DNA of 64,000 nt, taken from the NCBI GenBank assembly GCA_040766655.1, contig JAXGQB010000013.1, forward strand, positions 31 to 64,030, read 5' to 3'. Positions 60,488 through 64,000 of this stretch are shown one piece after another (the stretch's first letter is position 1; each line of letters starts with the position of its first letter). A program made the translations under genes and the position numbers. The notes beneath the pieces were generated by a model. That model was not told the DNA's origin and ran no database searches. It saw only the letters and a list, made by a program, of their open reading frames with translations. This DNA is from Anaerolineae bacterium (GTDB lineage: Bacteria; Chloroflexota; Anaerolineae; CG2-30-64-16).

Positions 60488-60714
60488 GGCCTACCTCCGA
60501 GTGTCGATGCGTTGCACGGGCGAATACGAAGCGATCAGTCAGACGGGGTCTGCGGGCGTGTTGAACCAGGTCCAGTGGCGGGAAGGACGCGCGGCCACTG
60601 CAACGAATGTGAGGAAAGTTCGGATGGCTCGTCGGCATGGACGATGGCTCCAAACAGAGACTATTGCAGAAAGGGCGATGGCAGACATCCTCAGACGTCT
60701 GAGGTCTGAGGACC
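60488..60714 (-). promoter_or_regulatory. Long (about 220 nt) structured 5' leader of the transporter/hydroxylase operon; candidate cis-regulatory RNA of unknown class
   Basis: The minus-strand transcript contains CCUCAGACGUCUGAGG. A long-range pairing CGUUGCA...UGCAACG encloses the hairpins CAGUGGC-N14-GCCACUG and CAGAC-CCC-GUCUG. Confidence 0.35.
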
Positions 60715-60743
60715 AGATTACCACAAATTTCACAAGTTGTCAA
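60715..60743 (-). promoter_or_regulatory. Promoter TTGACA-N17-TAATCT
   Basis: On the reverse strand, ttgaca (60738-60743) and taatct (60715-60720) are separated by a 17-nt spacer. Confidence 0.5.
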
Positions 60744-60774
60744 TACGCTGTGAAGAAAATTTAAGGTTGTAATC

Positions 60775-60821
60775 AAACACCCCCACGAAGCCTGCCGGCA
60801 CGAGGCTTCGTGGGGGTGTTT
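60775..60821. terminator. Strong hairpin terminator after the DHOD-like gene
   Basis: aaacacccccacgaagcc-tgccggcacga-ggcttcgtgggggtgttt is an 18-bp stem, with U-rich flanks on both strands. Confidence 0.7.
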
Positions 60822-60868
60822 GAGGAGCGCCGGCATCTTTCTCCGGCAAGAATGGCGTCCGGTCAGCC

Positions 60869-61861
60869 CTACTGCCAGCTGCCCAACACCTTCATGTAGT
60901 TGGCACGCTCGAACATCTCGGGCTCGGCGCAGTTGCGCTGGCTGAGTGAACCCTTCATCTGCGCGACAGACTCGTACTCGTGCTCCACCATCCACTGCTG
61001 CAGGCCCATGGTCAGGTCGCTGAGCTTCTCGGGCCCTTCCTCCAGCAGGACGGACGCGACGTTCACGACGTCTGCACCGGCCATGATCGCCTTGACCACA
61101 TCTTCAGTCGTATGCACACCGGTGGTCAGTGCCAGGGATGCCTTGAGGTGGCTGTACAGGATGGCGATCCAGCGCAGCGGCAGGCGCATCTCGTAGGACT
61201 GGCTCAACACCAGGTGCGGCGTGACCGTGAGTTCTTCGAGATCGAAGTCGGGCTGATAGAACCGGTTGAACAGCACCAGCGCATCCGCGCCGGCATCGTC
61301 CAGCCGCTTGACCATGTTCGAGATGGAGCTGAAGTAAGGGCTGAGCTTCATCGCGACCGGGATCGTGACGTTGGCCTTGACGGCAGACAGGATGTCGAGG
61401 TAAAGCTGCTCGATCTGGGCGCCGGTCTCTTCGAAGATCGTGGGCAGCAGGTAGACGTTCAGTTCCAGCGCATCCGCGCCTGCGTCCTGGATCTTCCGGG
61501 CGTACTCGATCCAGCCGCCCGCCGTGATGCCGTTGAGGCTGCCGATGATCGGCACATCGACGGCTCGTTTCGCCTCGCTGATCAGGTCGAGGTAAGCCTC
61601 GGGGCCCCGGTTGAAGTCGCTGCCTTGGGGATAGTAGGTGAGTGCCTCCGCGTAGAGGTAGCTGCCCTGCTCCAGCCGGTTGTGCTGCGTGATGGCTTCG
61701 AGGGTGATCTGTTCCTCGAAGAGCGAGTACATCGTGATGGCGGCCGCGCCTGCGTCGGCCATCTTGACGATGCCCTTGATCGATTTCGACAATGGCGAGG
61801 CCGACGGAACGATCGGGCTCTCGAGGGTCAGGCCCATGAAAGTCGTCGTGAGATCAGGCAT
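60869..61861 (-). CDS. Dihydroorotate dehydrogenase-like TIM-barrel flavoprotein (PFOR-associated family)
   Basis: ATG 61861 gives MPDLTTTFMGLTLESPIVPSASPL. Further patterns are IGSLNG, ALELNVY, VAMKLSPYF and TTGVHTTEDVVKAIMAGA. Confidence 0.7.
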   Translation of the reverse strand: MPDLTTTFMGLTLESPIVPSASPLSKSIKGIVKMADAGAAAITMYSLFEEQITLEAITQHNRLEQGSYLYAEALTYYPQGSDFNRGPEAYLDLISEAKRAVDVPIIGSLNGITAGGWIEYARKIQDAGADALELNVYLLPTIFEETGAQIEQLYLDILSAVKANVTIPVAMKLSPYFSSISNMVKRLDDAGADALVLFNRFYQPDFDLEELTVTPHLVLSQSYEMRLPLRWIAILYSHLKASLALTTGVHTTEDVVKAIMAGADVVNVASVLLEEGPEKLSDLTMGLQQWMVEHEYESVAQMKGSLSQRNCAEPEMFERANYMKVLGSWQ

Positions 61862-61882
61862 GGTTATGTCTCCCCTTTGCGT

Positions 61883-61922
61883 GCGCATGTGGACCCTGCA
61901 GACCCGCAGGGTCCACATGCGC
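61883..61922. other. Perfect 17-bp-stem hairpin between nifJ and the DHOD-like gene
   Basis: gcgcatgtggaccctgc-agaccc-gcagggtccacatgcgc. Confidence 0.85.
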
Positions 61923-61933
61923 CTGTGATAGTC

Positions 61934-64000
61934 TTATTCGCCCGTCTTAACCGCGGCTGCGGCCAACATTTCGTATTGCTTCCAGCGCTTGTCCACATCG
62001 GACTGCGCGAGCTTCAGCAGCATCTCGGCACGCTCCTCGTCGGATCGCACCAGCATGCTGTAGCGGGTTTCATTATAGATGTAATCGCGCAGCGGGATCT
62101 TGGGCGCCTTCGAGTCCAGCGTGAGCGGGTTCTGGCCCGCCTCGGCCAGGGTCGGGTTGAAGCGGTAGAGCGGCCAATGGCCCGAGTCCACGGCCAGCTT
62201 CTGCTGATTCATGCCCTTGGACATGTCGATGCCGTGTGCGATGCAGTGGCTGTACGCGATGATGAGGCTGGGCCCGGGATAGGCCTCGGCCTCCAGGAAC
62301 GCGCGCACCGTCTGCTGATCCGAAGCACCCATCGCCACCTGCGCCACGTAGATCGTGCCGTAAGTCATCGCGATTGCGCCCAGATCCTTCTTGGGCAATG
62401 GCTTGCCGGCTGCGGCGAAGCGGGCCACGGCCGCGCGCGGGGTCGCCTTGGAGGACTGGCCGCCCGTGTTGGAGTAGACCTGCGTGTCCAGCACGAGCAC
62501 GTTCACGTTGCGTCCGCTGGCCAGCACGTGGTCGAGGCCGCCGTAGCCGATATCGTATGCCCAGCCGTCCCCGCCGACGATCCAGACGGATCGCTTGACC
62601 AGTGCATCGGCCAGGCTGCTGAGCTGCACGGCCCACGGTTCGCGATGGCCGGTCAGGGTCTGTTTCAGGGTCGCGACGCGTTCCCGCTGTTCCGCGATGC
62701 CCTTCTCGGTCGACTGATCTGCGCCCAGCATCTCTGTCGCCAGCACGTCGCCGATGACGTCGCGATGCGCGTCCAGCAGCTCCGCGGCGAATTCGAGTTG
62801 CTTGTCCAGCGTCAGCCGGAAGCCCAGGCCGAACTCCGCGTTATCCTCGAAGAGGCTGTTGGACCAGGCCGGGCCGCGTCCCTCTTTGTTGACCGCCCAC
62901 GGCGTGGTCGGCAGGTTGGCACCGTAGATCGACGAGCAGCCGGTGGCGTTGGCAACGACCATGCGATCGCCGAACAGCTGGCTCATCAGCTTGACGTAGG
63001 GCGTCTCGCCGCAGCCGGAGCAGGCGCCGGAGAACTCGAATAGCGGCTGGAGCAGCTGCGAGTTCTTGACCGTGTTCAGGGGGATCAGCGTGCGATCCAG
63101 CTCGGGCAGGGCCTCGAAGAAGGCCCAGTTCTCGCGCTCCACGAAGCGATGCTCGGGCTGGGACTCCATGTTGATCGCCTTGCGCCGCGGGTTGCTCTTA
63201 TCCTTCGCGGGACACGCCTCGACGCACAGCCTGCAGCCGGTGCAGTCCTCCGGCGCCACCTGCACCGTGTATTTCATCCCGGGCAGGTCGCGGCTCTTGT
63301 AGTCCACCGACTGGTAACTGGCCGGCGCATCCGTCAACGCCTCGGGCGCATACACCTTGGTGCGGATCGCCGCGTGCGGGCAGACCAGCGCGCACTTGCC
63401 GCACTGGATGCACAGGCTCGGCTCCCAGATGGGGATCTCCAGCGCGATATTGCGCTTCTCCCACTGGGTGGTTGCTGATGGCCAGGTTCCGTCGATCGGC
63501 ATGGCGGACACCGGCAGCTCCTCGCCGCGGTTGGCCATGATCTCGGCAGTCACATCCTGGACGAACTGCGGTGCTTCGGCGGGCACTACGGGCGGCATCT
63601 CGATCGTGCTGGTGACCATCTTCGGGTAGTCGACCTTGTACAGGTGCGACAGGGTGTGGTCGACGGCCGCGAAGTTCTGCTGGACGACGGCCTCGCCGCG
63701 GCGGCCGTAAGAATGGCGGATCGACTCCTTGATCTTCTCGATCGCCTCATCGCGCGGCAGCACGCCGGAGATGGCGAAGAAACTGGTCTGCATGATCGTG
63801 TTGATGCGCTGGCCCATGCCGGTGTCTTTGGCCACCTTGTAGGCATCGATCACGTACAGCTGGATGTTCTTGTCCAGGATGGTCTGCTGAAGCGGCCGCG
63901 GCAACTGGTCCCACACCTCATCGGGCCCGTACAGGCTGTTCAGGAGGAAGACCGCGCCGTTTGCGGCTTTTTCGAGCAGAGGGTAGCGCTCCACGAAGAC
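61934..64000 (-). CDS. nifJ: Pyruvate:ferredoxin (flavodoxin) oxidoreductase, C-terminal ~690 aa (5' end beyond window)
   Basis: Ferredoxin domain CIQCGKCALVCPHAAIR and CTGCRLCVEACPAK. TPP domain GACSGCGETPY and GGDGWAYDIGYGGLDH. The frame stays open to position 64000. Confidence 0.9.
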   Translation of the reverse strand, partial: VFVERYPLLEKAANGAVFLLNSLYGPDEVWDQLPRPLQQTILDKNIQLYVIDAYKVAKDTGMGQRINTIMQTSFFAISGVLPRDEAIEKIKESIRHSYGRRGEAVVQQNFAAVDHTLSHLYKVDYPKMVTSTIEMPPVVPAEAPQFVQDVTAEIMANRGEELPVSAMPIDGTWPSATTQWEKRNIALEIPIWEPSLCIQCGKCALVCPHAAIRTKVYAPEALTDAPASYQSVDYKSRDLPGMKYTVQVAPEDCTGCRLCVEACPAKDKSNPRRKAINMESQPEHRFVERENWAFFEALPELDRTLIPLNTVKNSQLLQPLFEFSGACSGCGETPYVKLMSQLFGDRMVVANATGCSSIYGANLPTTPWAVNKEGRGPAWSNSLFEDNAEFGLGFRLTLDKQLEFAAELLDAHRDVIGDVLATEMLGADQSTEKGIAEQRERVATLKQTLTGHREPWAVQLSSLADALVKRSVWIVGGDGWAYDIGYGGLDHVLASGRNVNVLVLDTQVYSNTGGQSSKATPRAAVARFAAAGKPLPKKDLGAIAMTYGTIYVAQVAMGASDQQTVRAFLEAEAYPGPSLIIAYSHCIAHGIDMSKGMNQQKLAVDSGHWPLYRFNPTLAEAGQNPLTLDSKAPKIPLRDYIYNETRYSMLVRSDEERAEMLLKLAQSDVDKRWKQYEMLAAAAVKTGE

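Noticed and set aside
60488-60714. Known purine (guanine/adenine) or xanthine riboswitch in the transporter leader.
   Set aside because: I could not find the conserved junction nucleotides of the purine aptamer (UAUA...CCGUAAAU-type core) or any other class I know. It is kept only as an unclassified candidate leader.
1-64000. Transposases, integrases, phage, toxin-antitoxin or defence-system genes that could explain the repeat load or mark an island.
   Set aside because: None of the supported ORFs shows DDE, tyrosine or serine recombinase, nuclease-helicase defence, or toxin motifs. The window looks like core chromosome.

Overview
Visibly GC-rich bacterial chromosome segment (third codon positions are almost all G/C). 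Gene content and repeat style look Chloroflexota-like, but the taxon is inference only. No rRNA, tRNA, CRISPR array, transposase or phage genes were seen.

Layout:
- 1-7.6 kb: ftsH 5' end, then a cobalamin riboswitch controlling an operon for secreted corrinoid-binding-like proteins plus a complete ECF importer.
- 7.7-8.8 kb: selD with an in-frame UGA (selenocysteine) and a SECIS-like hairpin. The ORF track truncates it.
- 8.9-27.5 kb: c-di-AMP receptor-like genes, ktrAB, cooC-like plus carH-like, crp-family, lonN-domain, cspA, ycf45-like, tmk, darA-like, gmk, rhomboid, Memo-like, priA, tlpA-like and lgt.
- 27.5-64 kb: everything is on the minus strand. It holds a large selenium-dependent molybdenum-hydroxylase / anaerobic purine-catabolism type cluster. 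Members are yqeC-mocA fusion, two xanthine-dehydrogenase-family enzymes, ssnA, ygfK, ygeY, ygeW-like, a pyrB-like paralogue, carbamate kinase, two extra PLP enzymes, a hydrolase, a GntR regulator and a BMP-type ABC importer. A DHOD-like gene and the 3' part of nifJ/PFOR follow.

The most unusual feature is a dense population of modular mini-repeats: 7-nt-period arrays of three sequence families combined with short perfect hairpins. From about 18 kb onward they fill nearly every intergenic spacer. They are also inserted in frame inside many conserved genes, and in places they supply start or stop codons and bridge a gene fusion.

All functional calls come from reading the translated ORFs for family motifs; no database search was possible.
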